DNA of 64,000 nt. Source: Scyliorhinus canicula. Lineage: Eukaryota. The DNA lies in assembly GCF_902713615.1 (NCBI RefSeq), contig NC_052160.1, positions 110,030,708 to 110,094,707 on the forward strand, read 5' to 3'. Shown here one piece after another: positions 51,980-63,800 of the stretch. Below the pieces are notes generated by a model, which searched no databases, was not told where the DNA came from, and saw nothing but the letters and a program-made list of their open reading frames with translations. How positions within the stretch are numbered: the stretch's first letter is position 1; each line of letters opens with the position of its first letter. A program made the position numbers and the translations under genes.

Positions 51980-52769
51980 GGCGAGGTATGTTCCAGAAAC
52001 ATTTATATAGACAAAGTCAGAGATGCTGGACAATGCTTGGAATGCAGGCATTTGCAGGTAATCAAACTTGCGCAAATTTGCGCAACCTCAAACAAACCAT
52101 TGTTTGCAGCAAATTACCCAGCCTTCAGAACAGCGACCACGACACCACACAACCCTGCCAGGGCAATCTCTGCAAGACATGCCAGATCATCGACTCGGAT
52201 ACCACCATTACACGTGGTAACACCACCCACCAGGTACGCGGCACATACTCGTGCGACTCAACCAATGTAGTCAACCTCTTACGCTGCAGGAAAGGATGTC
52301 CCGAAGCGTGGTACATTGGCGAGATCATGCAGACACTGCGACAACGAATGAACGGGTATCGTGCGACAATCACCAGGCAGGAATGTTCCCTTCCAGTCGG
52401 GGAACACTTCAGCAGTCAAGGGCATTCAGCCTCTGATCTCCGGGTAAGCGTTCTCCAAGGCGGTCTTCAGGACTCGCGATAACGCAGAATTGCCGAGCAA
52501 AAACTTATAGCTAAGTTCCGCACGCATGAGTGCGGCCTCAACAGGGATCTTGGATTCATGTCGCATTACATCCACCCCCCACCATCAGGCCTGGACTTGC
52601 AAAATCCTACCAACTGTTCGGGCTTGAGACAATTTACACCTCTTTAACCTGTGATCACCCCCTATCCCTGGATCTGTAATGATTTGATTACCTGCAAATG
52701 CCTGCATTCCAAGCATTGTCCAGCATCTCTGACTTTGTCGATATAAATGTTTCTGGAACATACCTCGCC

Positions 52770-52814
52770 ATTCACCTGAGGAAGGAGCTGCGCACCGAAA
52801 GCTCGTGTTTGAAT
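52770..52814 (+). ncRNA. Minimal hammerhead ribozyme motif in the 3' pLTR (one stem II mismatch)
   Basis: CAC-CUGAGGA-A-GGAGC UGC GCACC-GAAA-GCUC-GUG. Confidence 0.62.
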
Positions 52815-53125
52815 CAAACCTGTTGGATTTTAACCTGGTGTTGTAAGACTTCTTACTGTGCTCACCCCAGTCCAACGCCGGTATCTCCACATCATATCCA
52901 TACCACGACAGGGGAATATTGGTGGAAGGATTCTAGGGCTGATTATCAGCACATTAAACTGCGTTACTAACGGCGCTATGAACACACCTTCCGTGGCCAA
53001 CAGGTCTGACATTGGACTTGAACCCGAAGCTTCTGTTCCCCACGCAAGGACACTACCACTGTGCCACAAGACTGCCTATTGACAGACAATGATGTTGAGG
53101 ATTACAAAATGACAATATACAAAAT

Positions 53126-53842
53126 GAGCTGAATTTTCTTTAGTTGCATTACGACCCCAATGCCAGCCCCAATTTCAGGTTGGGATCCTGAAAGTGGCCG
53201 TGACAGGATATTGGGTTCGATCTTTCTGGAAGATGCCTCTTGGAGCTGCTTCCAGCTGAGGATGGAATATGGATCGAGAAAGTGTGAGGCCCTATCAGAG
53301 GGCCCGCAGCGATTTCCAGCCAGTAGCTCCATTGAAATAGGTGGGCCCTGCTGAGGCAGGAAGGTGAGCATGTGGTCCCCTCAAAACGGAGGCACCCTCA
53401 GGCGCCTGCAGAGAATTGAATAAATAAAGAGGACTGAAGTAGGTACAGCCACCAGGGCGGAGGAGGAACCCCTCCCAAGGAGTAGTGATGGATAAGGTTG
53501 TGGCCTTTGATCCTGATGGCTCTGTCTCCAGCTTGGATGACCATCCAGCCTGCCACAGAGTGGCCACCTCCAATGCGCTGGCAGCCTCTGTTCTCAACAA
53601 GGAGAGGGGATACTCTAAAGGTGGTAAAATGCGTGTACCATTGCAAAATGGCCCCTCAATGGGCCTCAATTGCTGCTAACAGGCTGTCAACCTCTGCGGA
53701 AAAGGCAGCTGACCCTGGTGCCAGCCTAGGATTGGGGACGACCCCCAGAGGTGGGAATATATCAGTGAGTCATCCTGACATGCCCCCCTGATATTTTCCC
53801 AGCATGCTCTCCCATCACTCCCTAGCTTAGTAAATTGAGCTC
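53126..53842. mobile_element. Harbinger-type MITE of a different subfamily
   Basis: TIR GAGCTGAATTT / AAATTGAGCTC; 3-bp TSD AAT. Confidence 0.7.
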
Positions 53843-54189
53843 AATATTTCTATTCTATCTATCATGGTTGATTATGTTTGTAACTATCAAGATGGAGCGG
53901 GGGTTGTTAAATTGCATAGTCGCTGAAATTGTGTGGAAGGATCACAATACACATTTAACCCACATCAATTCAAAACAATACAGGCAACATTCAAACTGGG
54001 TCATGTGGGTTGCAGCCCAGCATTGAGTGTGCTGTTGCAAGGTTGCACACCTCAACACAACCCAAGTTTGGATGAAATGAAAAGTTTGTTAAAATTTAAA
54101 GGCAGCATTCCAAGTTAGCCGGCACTTCTTGCAGATGAGAAGCATTTGGCTGCAGCAGGTGCTGGAACTGGTGAAAGAAGAGTTAAAGA

Positions 54190-55055
54190 GCGGGGAGCCT
54201 GGCACGAGAGGCCAAAGAGCATGCCCCAATGTAAAGCTAGAGATCTTGGTGCAGGAGGGGTGCGAGAGAAGAGAAGTTCTCTTTCCTCAGGGGACCACGG
54301 AGCCCTTACCGGCAGCTACTAAGAAGGCAGCGGGACCAGGTAGCTGTTTCTGTAAATGCCAGCAACCCAGTCCAGAGGGTTTGAGCTCAGTGCCTCAAGA
54401 TGTTCAATGACCTCACTCACATGATCAAGGTTAATGGATATATTTTCACATGCCACATCCTACCAACATTAACACTGGCCTCCCACACAGCTCCATTCAC
54501 CACACCCCTTCACTAACCCACCAATTTCCATTTTGATTTGATTTATTATTGTCACATGTATTAGTATACAGTGAAAACTATTGTTTTTTGCATGCTGTAC
54601 AAACAATGCATACCGTACATAGAGAAGGAAGGTGAGACTGCAGAATATAATGTTACAGTTATAGTAAGGTGTAGAGAAAAAATCAACTTCATACGAGGTA
54701 GGTCCATTCAGAAGTCTGATGGCAGCAGGGAAGAAGCTGTTCTTGAGTCGGTTGGTCATAAACCACGACTCAGAGCCTCTCCTTTCCCTCACAAAATAAA
54801 GCATTGCTCCCAGCATCATACCCACACCTTACTGCCAACTATTTAACTGTGGCAGACACATCACCCAAAAGCCTTTGCAACACGTAACTGGACAAACTGA
54901 TAAGATGGTCTATAATTGTAGGCAGCAGCAGCAGCTAACCGGCAGAAGCAGACAGTACGTCTTCACCCCCATGGAGAAGACAGTGTATAAATCACTGGAG
55001 CAGCTGTCACTGAGGCCATGGCCAATGGAAGAACTGAACTAATTGAGGATGATGG
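54190..55055 (+). pseudogene. Decayed Harbinger Myb/SANT-like gene (exon 1 ~54190-54429, exon 2 ~54890-55055)
   Basis: LEILVQEGCERREVLFP / QVAVSVNAS...AQCLKMFNDLTHMIK, then GT; exon 2 LTG...FTPMEKTV. Confidence 0.7.
54533..54760 (-). mobile_element. Rex1/Babar-like LINE 3' fragment in the Harbinger intron
   Basis: TNRLKNSFFPAAIRLLN C-terminus; AATAATAAATCAAATCAAA tail. Confidence 0.72.
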
Positions 55056-55337
55056 GGAGGGCGTTTCCCACCTAATGCACCCTGTCACATTCCACAACTC
55101 CCTCATTCCACAATCTTTTATGCTTTACAATCGACAAACGCCGTAACCATGTCGATCTTTCTTTCCTGCTGTTCCCTCACCCTAGCCATATCTTGTGCAT
55201 TGATGATTTCAGATACCCAACAACTGCTAATCCATCTGACACTCAGCCACCAGTGAAACCACCGCAAGAGCAATTCATAGGAGCATGAGGACAGGCAAAA
55301 ACACTGGAGGATATGCACTAATTGTTTGAGTATAGTA

Positions 55338-56008
55338 TTAATAATAATAATCTTGATTAGTGTCACAAGTAGGCTTACATTAACACGGCAATTATAGAAT
55401 TATAGAACAGTACAGCACAGAACAGGCCCTTCGGCCCTCGATGTTGTGCCGAGCAATGATCACCCTACTCAAACCCACGTATCCACCCTATACCCCTAAC
55501 CCACCAACCCCCCTTTAACCTTACTTTTTTTTAGGACACTACGGGCAATTTAGCATGGCCAATCCACTTAACCCGCACATCTTTGGACTGTGGGAGGAAA
55601 CCGGAGCACCTGGAGGAAACCCACGCACACACGGGGAGGACGTGCAGACTCCGCAAAGACAGTGACCCAGCCAGGAATCGAACCTGGGACCCTGGAGCTG
55701 TGAAGCATTTATGCTAACCACCATGCTACCGTGCTGCCCCGGTAGCACCTGGGGCATACTGTGAAAATCCCCTGGTCGCCACACTCCGGTTACACTGAGG
55801 GAGAATTCAGAATTCAGAATGTCCAATTCACCTGACAAAAACGTCTTTCGGGACTTTGTAGGAGGAAACTGGAGCACCCGGAGGAAACCCACGCAGACAC
55901 GGGGAGAATGTGCAGACTCCGCACACAGAGAGTGGCCCAAGCCGGGAATCAAACCCGGGTCCCTCGCGCTGTGAAGCAGCAGTGCTAACCACTGTACGAC
56001 TGTGCCGC
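55338..56008 (-). mobile_element. (TTA)n-tailed V-SINE with a nested HE1-like SINE (55393-55756)
   Basis: Host matches 24221-24529 on both sides of the insert; insert matches 5063-5410. Confidence 0.9.
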
Positions 56009-56199
56009 ACTACGAATAAGAGTACGGAACAATGGATGTTTTGTTGAATAAAGTTGGTCTGGAAAGGATGTTTATTGGTGTCTTATATTTCAGGTTTGTG
56101 ATCAAGAGCACACTGTGAGGATACATAACTGAGGAATGGTAAAGTGTGAGACTGTTTTACAATGGGGATCTGGGAACCAGAGTCACACTACAGGCTAGC

Positions 56200-56790
56200 T
56201 TTCCCTTTCACCTCCTGCTACTCCTTCTCTTGTTCCCCCTTCTCCTCTTGCTCGCCCTCCTGAGGCGGTGGCCAAGTCCTTAATGGCATGGTTAGTGCTC
56301 TCATGGTACCCCAGTTGAGGAGGATGCAGCAGACCACCCGCTCAATGTCAGGTACTGGGGGGCTTGTTCAAAGAGAGCAAGGCAGCAGAACTGTCACTGA
56401 GCAGCCCAGTCTGCCCTATAACTTATCTCACGGCAGCATTGCCTCACTATTTGCAGGTGGGTTATGGAGGGGAGTCATCAGGCAGCCACTGAGCAGATAG
56501 CATCTGTCTCACAACAGCCACCCTTCGATTTGACATGGTGAAGGATAGATGGAATAGCGGCGTGGAACAGAATGAATGCACCCTGACTGCTGCTAGGGTC
56601 GCGGGCATTCACTGGTACGATTTCCTGAGTTGGACAGTGCATCAACTGCACATTTTGTGATTGGGAACCTTTTAGGATGTGGAGCATCTTTACACTGAGA
56701 GGCGCCATCCACAAAGCAATGTGTGTGCGGCTGATGACACTTTGCACAGTTGGGAAAGTCCACTATCCTGGCAAAGCCAGGTGCATACTC
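56200..56790 (-). pseudogene. Decayed Harbinger (HARBI1-like DDE) transposase
   Basis: VQSVISRTHIAL..AP, KGSQSQNVQL, VNARDPSSSQGAFIL, WLL*DRCY..CLMTPLHNP and VVCCILLN match the Harbinger motifs GAIDCTH, KG.HS.NVQ, PGS.HD, GD.GY..LMTP and CC.LHN. Confidence 0.8.
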
Positions 56791-57552
56791 TGCCTGCTCC
56801 TCTCAGTTCAGAGGGAACACAACACACTCACCCCTCCTGGCATTCAGAGCCAATGTCACCTCCAGACGCAGCAGTGGATCATAAAATCATAGGTTATGCA
56901 GACATTATCTACTCTAGCCTAGAATGGTTCCCAACATGAGGAAACTCAGGGCCACGTCCACTGGCAGCACAACCCTCATCTCCCACAGAGGCTGCCAGTT
57001 TTGTTCCCAGATATAGCAGAATTCAGTGAACAGTTCCTGCACCATCATCATATTGAATGGAGGCAGTCTTGCCTTGGCATGTGATCTACCCCTGCTCCTG
57101 TTTCTTGTGTTCCTGTGTTTATGAATGCATACACTGCTCCAGCTTTAGATGGAAGTAAGAAAAGTGTAACTGGAAGACCCTTGGTGGATTAAAAACTCCT
57201 CCAGAGAGCCCTACTGCCCTTCTCCTCATCTTCCCTCTGTGCGAAACGTGTATTCTTATTTCTGCCTCATGTTACAGCCTCAGGGGGAATACTGCCATAG
57301 CACATGTGACTGGAAACAAGTACTGTTCCCAGGACCCTTCAGTAGAAGTATTGCAAGCACTAAAACAGCACCCGGAGCACTAAAACTATCAGAGTTGAAT
57401 TTTATGGGTAACAGTTTCTCGATTTTACCAAATCAAAGTGAAAGGAACTCAGAAGACTCGAACAGACTTCAGTTAGGAAAAAGTCAAATAAGCTGCAGCA
57501 ACTATTCGATTACATTAAAATTTTGAGCAAGCGAGATAACATAAAGAATATT

Positions 57553-57741
57553 GGGCGGGGTTCTCCGTCCCCCCAGACTGGGTTTCTGGTGCGGCACGCC
57601 CCAGTCGGCAGCAAGATCCTTCACCCCGGCTACCAGTCAACGGGTTTTCCCATTGTGGCCATCCCCACGCCATCAGGAAATCCATGGGCATGAGTGCGCT
57701 GCCGGCGAAGTAGAGGACCCCGCTGATGGAGAATCCCGCCC
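57553..57741. mobile_element. Short Harbinger-type MITE
   Basis: GGGCGGGGTTCTCC / GGAGAATCCCGCCC; same family as 62459-62648. Confidence 0.8.
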
Positions 57742-58435
57742 TATATATTTAACCTTATATATTGTTAACTTTCATCATCCTCTGCATTATTATAATCCTC
57801 AGCTCTCAGAGGAATTTGATATGATTAATAATATCATCAATATAGAATTTTAAAATCTCCATAATGCCAGAATAATGTAAAGGTATCCCCAACTGTGACA
57901 TTAAAATATCCTGAATGACTGGATAAGTCATTAAAATATCAGTGCCTTGACTTCAGTCTGTCTATAAAAGCAGAACTTTTAACTACTTTCTGTAATTCAA
58001 GGGGCAGTTGTACTTTGAGAATGCAATCTTATCAGATTATTTCAGAAAAGGCTAACATTTCTTAGAACTTGGCTTTGCTTCACAGTGTCAGTGAGCAACT
58101 GGTCTACACTGCATATAAATCTGGAAATTTAGTACTTACTCTGCGGAGGCTTGGCACAGTCTGTAGGGCCCTGTTCAATGAGCCTCGGACCGCATTCTCA
58201 TTGAGATGGCTTAGCAGAAGGAGGCTAAGAAGGTAAATTATGACGTTTGGTGGGTATCATAGCCTTGGGGTGGGGAAAGCCACAGGGGATCCACCGCATG
58301 TATTTCCTCAAATGCAGCAAACTATGGCCTATGCAACCAATCTTGCAGCAGCGACCGTCTACAAGGCTCAGGCTCTAAATTACCTGCGTCATTGAAGATC
58401 ATTCCTGTTTGTTGGTCTGTTTGTCCATAAAGAAA

Positions 58436-61014
58436 GGGCTGGATTATCCGCACACCGACGCTGAAATCAAGTTTGGCGACGGAGCGGAGAATCCAGTTTC
58501 CCGCATAAAACCGGGACTGGTGCTGGTGCAGCGATTCTCCTCCCCCCGAAAAGCGGCGTAATCTGGGAGTATGCCGTGCCGATTACCCACCACCTAAAGT
58601 ATTTTCTGAGGCCCGCCCCGCTATCCTCCGCTCCCGACCGTCCGAATTCCCGAGGGTGGGCATTACTCATGGTCCTGTCATTCAGGATACTTACGAGGTG
58701 GCTGCGGACTCAGCCCACGGCTGCCAGTCAGGGGTGGGCCGATCGGAGGGTGGGAGGGCCTCAGTCGGGGCTGGGGTAGGTGGTCCAGGTTGGGGGCGCA
58801 ACTAATCGGGGGCACTATTTCCGTGGTCCAGGTCCGCAGTCTGGTCTGCCATGGAGTATGGCGCGGCCGCTGGAGGCCGCAGTCGTGTGCATGCATGGCC
58901 TCTGGCCCGGAAGAGCAGGCGGGCCATGTTGGCAGCTGGAGGTGCAAGTTCCATGACAATTGCCTGCTGGCCCCCTGCAAGGCTGTGAGTCTGTGGCCTT
59001 TTGGAGCCAGTTTTTCTGGCATAAAAGACCACAGTTTTCGCAACAGCGTGGAGACTTTCGGCGGGATTCTTCAGTATCCGGCGGGCGGGCCATACCGGCG
59101 CCAAGAATGGCATGAACCACTCTTGCGTCGGGCTGCTCAGAAGATGCAGAATGCTCCGCACCCTCAGGGGCTAGGCCGGCACTAGAATGGTTGGCGCCAC
59201 GTCAACTGGCACATGCGCAGGAGGGTGTTCCCAGAACAGCTGGCGTGAATCCTGCGCATGCGCAGGGGGTTTCTTCTCCGCGCCGGCCATGGCGGGGCTT
59301 TACACAGGCCGGCGCGCAGGGAAAGAGTGCCCCACGGCACAGGCCCGCCCACAGATCGGTGGGCCCCGATCGTGGGCCATGCCACCGTGCCCCCCCTCCC
59401 CCAGGGTCGGATCCTCCCACGCCCGCCCCCCCAAAGACTCTTCTGGCCGACCTCAGAGCCAGATCCCGCCGGTACAAACCTTGTGTAATTCACGCTGGCG
59501 GGACTGGCCGAAAACGGGTGGCCACTCGGGCCATAGGGGACCAGAGAAACGCCGGGGGGGCCACTGCCATCGGCCCCCGAACGGCGCAATCCTCACCCCC
59601 GGCAAAAAGACGGCACCGGAGAATTCGGCAGCTGGCGTTGGAGTGGCGGGGCGGGATTGATGCGGCCCCCTCCCCCCGGCGATTCTCCAACTTGGCAGGG
59701 GGTCGGAGAAGGAGAATCCCGCAAATAAGGCAGAGTTCTCCGCAAGGCCCAAGAGAGGTTCACAACGGCGTCGGAAGCCGCTCCTGGCCCCCTATTCTCC
59801 CCCCGCCGCGGGGCTAGGAGGGCCGTGCTGTACATCTCAGCCGCGGGGCCTTGTCGCTGGTGTCAAGGCCTGGCGCACCGAGAATGACGCGGCCGGCGTG
59901 CCTAATGACGTCAGCCACGCATGCGCAGGTTGGCCGGCTCCAATCCGCGCATGCGCGGCTGACGTCATGACGGCTGACGGCTCAAACCCGCGCATGCGCG
60001 GTTGCCGTCTTCCCCTCCGCTGCCCCGCAAGATGTGGTGGCTTGATCTTGTGGGGCGGCGGAGGGGAAAGAGTGCCTCCCTTTGAGATGCCCGCCCGACG
60101 ATCGGTGGGCACCGATCGCGGGCCAGTCCCCTCCCGAGCACGGTCGTGGTGCTCACTCCCCACTCCGCCCCCCACAAGCCACAAAACAGCTGCTGCCGCC
60201 ATGTTCACGCCGGCAGCGACCAGGTGTGGTTGCCGCCGGCGTGAACCGGTCGGGAACGGCAGGCCGCTCGTCCCATCCGGGTTGGAGAATCGCGGGTCGC
60301 CGTGGAAAACGGTGGCCCGCGATTCTCCGAGCGGCGTGTCGCAAAACGGGGAGTGGGAGAGTCAAAACGGGGGGGTGCTGCAGCGGCCCTCCCGCAATTC
60401 TCCCACCCGGCGTGGGAGTGGAGAATCGTAAAGGCTGCCGTGGGACAGGCCGTGACCCACGGCAGCCTTCACGCCCACTTCCGGGGCCGATTCTCCCCCC
60501 CGGGCGGGGCTAGGAGCTTGGCCCGTGCGTCACGGCGGCGCGGCCTTGACGACGGTCGTCAAGGCCGCACGTCAAGCGTCACGCCGCCTGACGCGGACGA
60601 TGATGTCGGTCGCGCATGCGCAGGTTGGATAACGCCAACCCGCCCATGTGCAGTTGCCGTCTTTTCCCTCAGCCGCCCCGCAAGATGTGGCGGCTTGATC
60701 CTGCGGGGCGGCGGAGGGAAAAGAGTGCGTCCAATCGCGGGCCTATGCCCCCCTTGGCACGGCCATGGTACTGCCGTGCCAATCGGGCCCCCAGATGCCC
60801 CATCTGGCACCCGTTTCACGACGGCAGAGAGCTGATGTGTTTGCTGCCGTGTTGAAACGGGCGTGAAGGACCGGCCGCTCGGCCCATCGGCCTCGGCGAT
60901 TCATGGCGTGGGTCGGGCGTGGGGGGGGGGGAGATTAGCGGGAGGGCGTGAAAAATGTCGGGAGGCCCTCCCGCTATTCTCCCTACCGGCGTGGGGGGGC
61001 GGAGAATCGCGCCC
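58436..61014. mobile_element. Cluster of four abutting GC-rich Harbinger MITEs
   Basis: Units at ~58436-59060, 59060-59722, 59729-60428 and 60420-61014, each with GGGC..GATTCTCC/GGAGAATC-type ends. Confidence 0.8.
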
Positions 61015-61484
61015 ACAGTCCCTGAAACAGAATTCAGCCCAACATATCTCAAAAGCTGATGGACGGTTTTCGACAAAAGTTGGTATACATAAAGGGTATG
61101 GCCCATGGGAGAACCAATTAATTTTTGGTGATGATGTGGATCTGGATCTGGGAATGTTTTTAAAGGATCTGTAAACATGTTGATAGAGAAAACTGACCCT
61201 TTTTTTTGAATGGTATAGGTTCTTTGATTTAAGATTTTGTTGCTCACTTTAACATGTTATGGATTATCTCAGTTGCTGTGTGCAATTTAACACAGCTGTC
61301 TGTCAGAATGTGTGCAGAGTTTCTAGAGCAAGTTGTTGGATGTGGATTCACCTGAAACCTCCTCTGTGAGACGGAAGCTCCTATGGTTATAGAGCAACAA
61401 CCTGGTCAGAAAGCAAACCTCAAGGAAGGGCTGAATCATTGTAATAATATTGAGCCAACACAGTGTGGAGATATGCACAGTACT

Positions 61485-61685
61485 TTTTAAAAATTAATTT
61501 AGAGTAGTCAATTAATTTTTTTCAATTAAGGGGCAATTTAGTGTGGTCAATCCACCTGCCCTGCACATCTTTGGGTTGTGGGGGCGAAACCCACGCAAAC
61601 ACGGGGAGAATGTGCAAACTCCACATGAACGGTGACCCAGAGCCGGGATCGAACCTGTGACCTCGGCGCCGTGGGACAGCAGTGC
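61485..61685 (-). mobile_element. Short A-tailed V-SINE
   Basis: Same subfamily as 6398, 13958 and 39460; degenerate 11-bp TSD. Confidence 0.88.
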
Positions 61686-61819
61686 TGCACTGTATTGAGC
61701 ACCCTCTTCAGTGTTTTGCATGTACACAGGGCCTAATTCCTACTTCAGGCATAGGTACAGGAAACTTGTTTGCCCTTATCATATGGCAGGCAGTGTACCT
61801 CCAGTTCAAAACACTTCAG

Positions 61820-62275
61820 TGATGTGTTATGTACTCTGGGATAACACAGGCTGCAACTTGATGCAGCTTTGACCAAAAGATACTCCAGACTTTGAAGTAA
61901 GTTTAATGTGATTTATTGAACCATTAGCACAGTTCTCTATGAGTTCGACTCTCCTGCTAATCTTACTATAGTAACTCAGTCTAACTAACCAGTCTGCTCT
62001 AAGCCATGTGGTGGGTGTGATGCTTCTGATCTGCCCCTGTCCTACTCTCTAAGTGTTGCATGTGTGCTCTGTCCTTTTATATGGGTTGTGTAATGCCCCC
62101 ATGTGGTTGTCTCACCTCTGGGTGCCTTGACTGCCCATTGGTTGTGTCCTATGCTATGTGTTTATTAGCTGTATGTCTGCATGTCATGACGTCTCTGGTA
62201 CTCCCTCTAGTGTTTACTTAGTCATAGTGTATTTACAATAACCCCTTGTGTATTTACAGTGATGCATGTACCACA
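61820..62275 (-). mobile_element. Solo LTR
   Basis: Reverse complement homologous to the 43247 LTR (TGTGGT..GCATCACTGTAAATACACAAGGGGTT). Confidence 0.82.
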
Positions 62276-62458
62276 GTAAGCATGTCCTGACAACACCTTT
62301 GAGCACCAAGGACACTGTGTTGCTACTTAAAAATGGCCACTGCATGGTTCAATAACTAGATCATTGAGAACTATTGCCAATTAATAGTTAGTAATATATA
62401 GTGGTGGCTGAAATGTGATGGTTCAGTCAGATTTAGTATTCCTGTCTGGTGTCATAAT

Positions 62459-62648
62459 GAGTGGGCTTTTCCGTCCCACCAGACTCGTTTTCCAGTGCAG
62501 CGCACACCTTATGGCAATGGGCTCCTCCGTCCCAGCAGCCGGCCAATGGGGTTTCCCATTGTGGCCACCCCTACGTCATCGGGAAATCCGCGGGCGTGAG
62601 TGCGCTGCTGGGAGAAGCGGAGTATACCACCGATGGAGAATCCCGCCA
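62459..62648. mobile_element. Short Harbinger-type MITE
   Basis: Similar to 57553-57741; AAT TSD. Confidence 0.75.
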
Positions 62649-63339
62649 AATACATTTTAATCCAAGGAAAATATCACACTGTTTAATTTTTGAACATGGA
62701 GGAAATCTCACCTGTAGTGATGTTTTGCAAACATTCTCACAAGATAATCTATTTATTCTATGAGAACCTGGTTCCTGGTAGATCGCTAAATTAACCTTTA
62801 AATCCTGTTGACTTATAATACTGCAACACTCATCCAGGTATCAGAGAGTAAAATTTAAACTATTTGTATTGATTATGTCATGGCGTGAAGTACCAACAAA
62901 ACCAAGGTTTCATTTTGAGCTACTACCGGGAAGAATTCTTTCATGTTTTCCTAGAAGATGGACTGGTGCTATTACAACAACATTTCTGAAAACTCAAGGC
63001 TGGGTCTTTCCCAATCATGCCAAATATTCAGCGTCTCTCACTGCTCTGGGAAACTCACTGATGCACTTACTGTCACGATGACTGTTCGAGTGCTTAATCA
63101 CCATCATTCATGCTAAGAGGCAAAGAAAACCTGAATCAAGGTCAATAGGGAGGCCCAGCACTTACAGTGGATCCAAAAATATGGACTGACCTAGTAATCA
63201 GTCATTTTTGTACCAGAGATCAAGAAGGTTATATAAATAGAGTATAGTAAGAGTAAGTTTAAAATGAAAAACTGAGCAATATTTAACAACCATTCTTATT
63301 TAGTTACTTACACAAGTTCAATTGTAAAGATTTCACAAA

Positions 63340-63800
63340 CACATTATGGTGAAGGATATCTTTTTTCAAGAACCTGCCCAAAATTAGGTTTGACTATGGC
63401 AGAAATTAGAAGAAAATTATGCTTTGAGGCCTGCTCCCACCTGAGGGCTCCGATTGGGAATTTTCGATTCTTGCTGGGATCACCCAATGCCTCCTGGGTC
63501 CATCTTGGTGATGGGTGGCCCGAAGCAACAATCTTTGCCCCAGGAGGAGAGGAACTCCATCCTAACCCCAGTGGTTTCACTATTGAAGGCTGGGATCTTT
63601 TCCAAGAAAGTCTATATTTCTCAACGTTAAGGCATTAGATCCTTTGCTAGATCTTCTGGTGCTGTAGCAGGTGGGGTATGATGACAGTCTGCTCCATAGT
63701 ACCGGCAAGGTCCCTCTTAAAGGCAGGAATGCTGAAAGGCCTCTTTGCCTATCTTTAAAAATGGATGGGAATGGGAACAAATACAGGGGAGCCAAGCAGA
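63340..63800 (+). mobile_element. Possible ancient L1 ORF2 remnant
   Basis: EIRRKLCFEACSHLRAPIGNFRFLLG resembles QHFGLGAGSREMPIRGNHRFEPG in the L1 at ~23030. Confidence 0.35.

Larger units (their letters stand above)
51892..52892 (+). mobile_element. 5'-truncated Penelope-like retroelement with inverted partial pLTR
   Basis: GIY-YIG endonuclease C-terminus (CKTC linker; NVVNLLRC..C..WYIGE...LRQRMNG) at ~52070-52580. 51895-52066 is the reverse complement of 52683-52856. 14-bp duplication CATATCCATACCAC at 51878-51891 and 52893-52906. Confidence 0.92.
47166..52910 (-). mobile_element. Full-length Ty3/Gypsy LTR retrotransposon (decayed), 5' LTR interrupted by a Penelope-like element
   Basis: Two ~281-bp LTRs (47166-47446; 51629-51891 plus 52907-52910) with TG...CA ends. 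5-bp TSD GGGGA at 47161-47165 and 52911-52915. Purine-rich PPT (AAGGGGTGAA on minus) abuts the 3' LTR. Domain order gag-PR-RT-RH-IN. Confidence 0.96.

Noticed and set aside
58436..61247. Many overlapping ORFs in GC-rich segments (also 7734-8654 and 44890-46385)
   Set aside because: They lie inside non-autonomous MITEs and show no recognisable domains.
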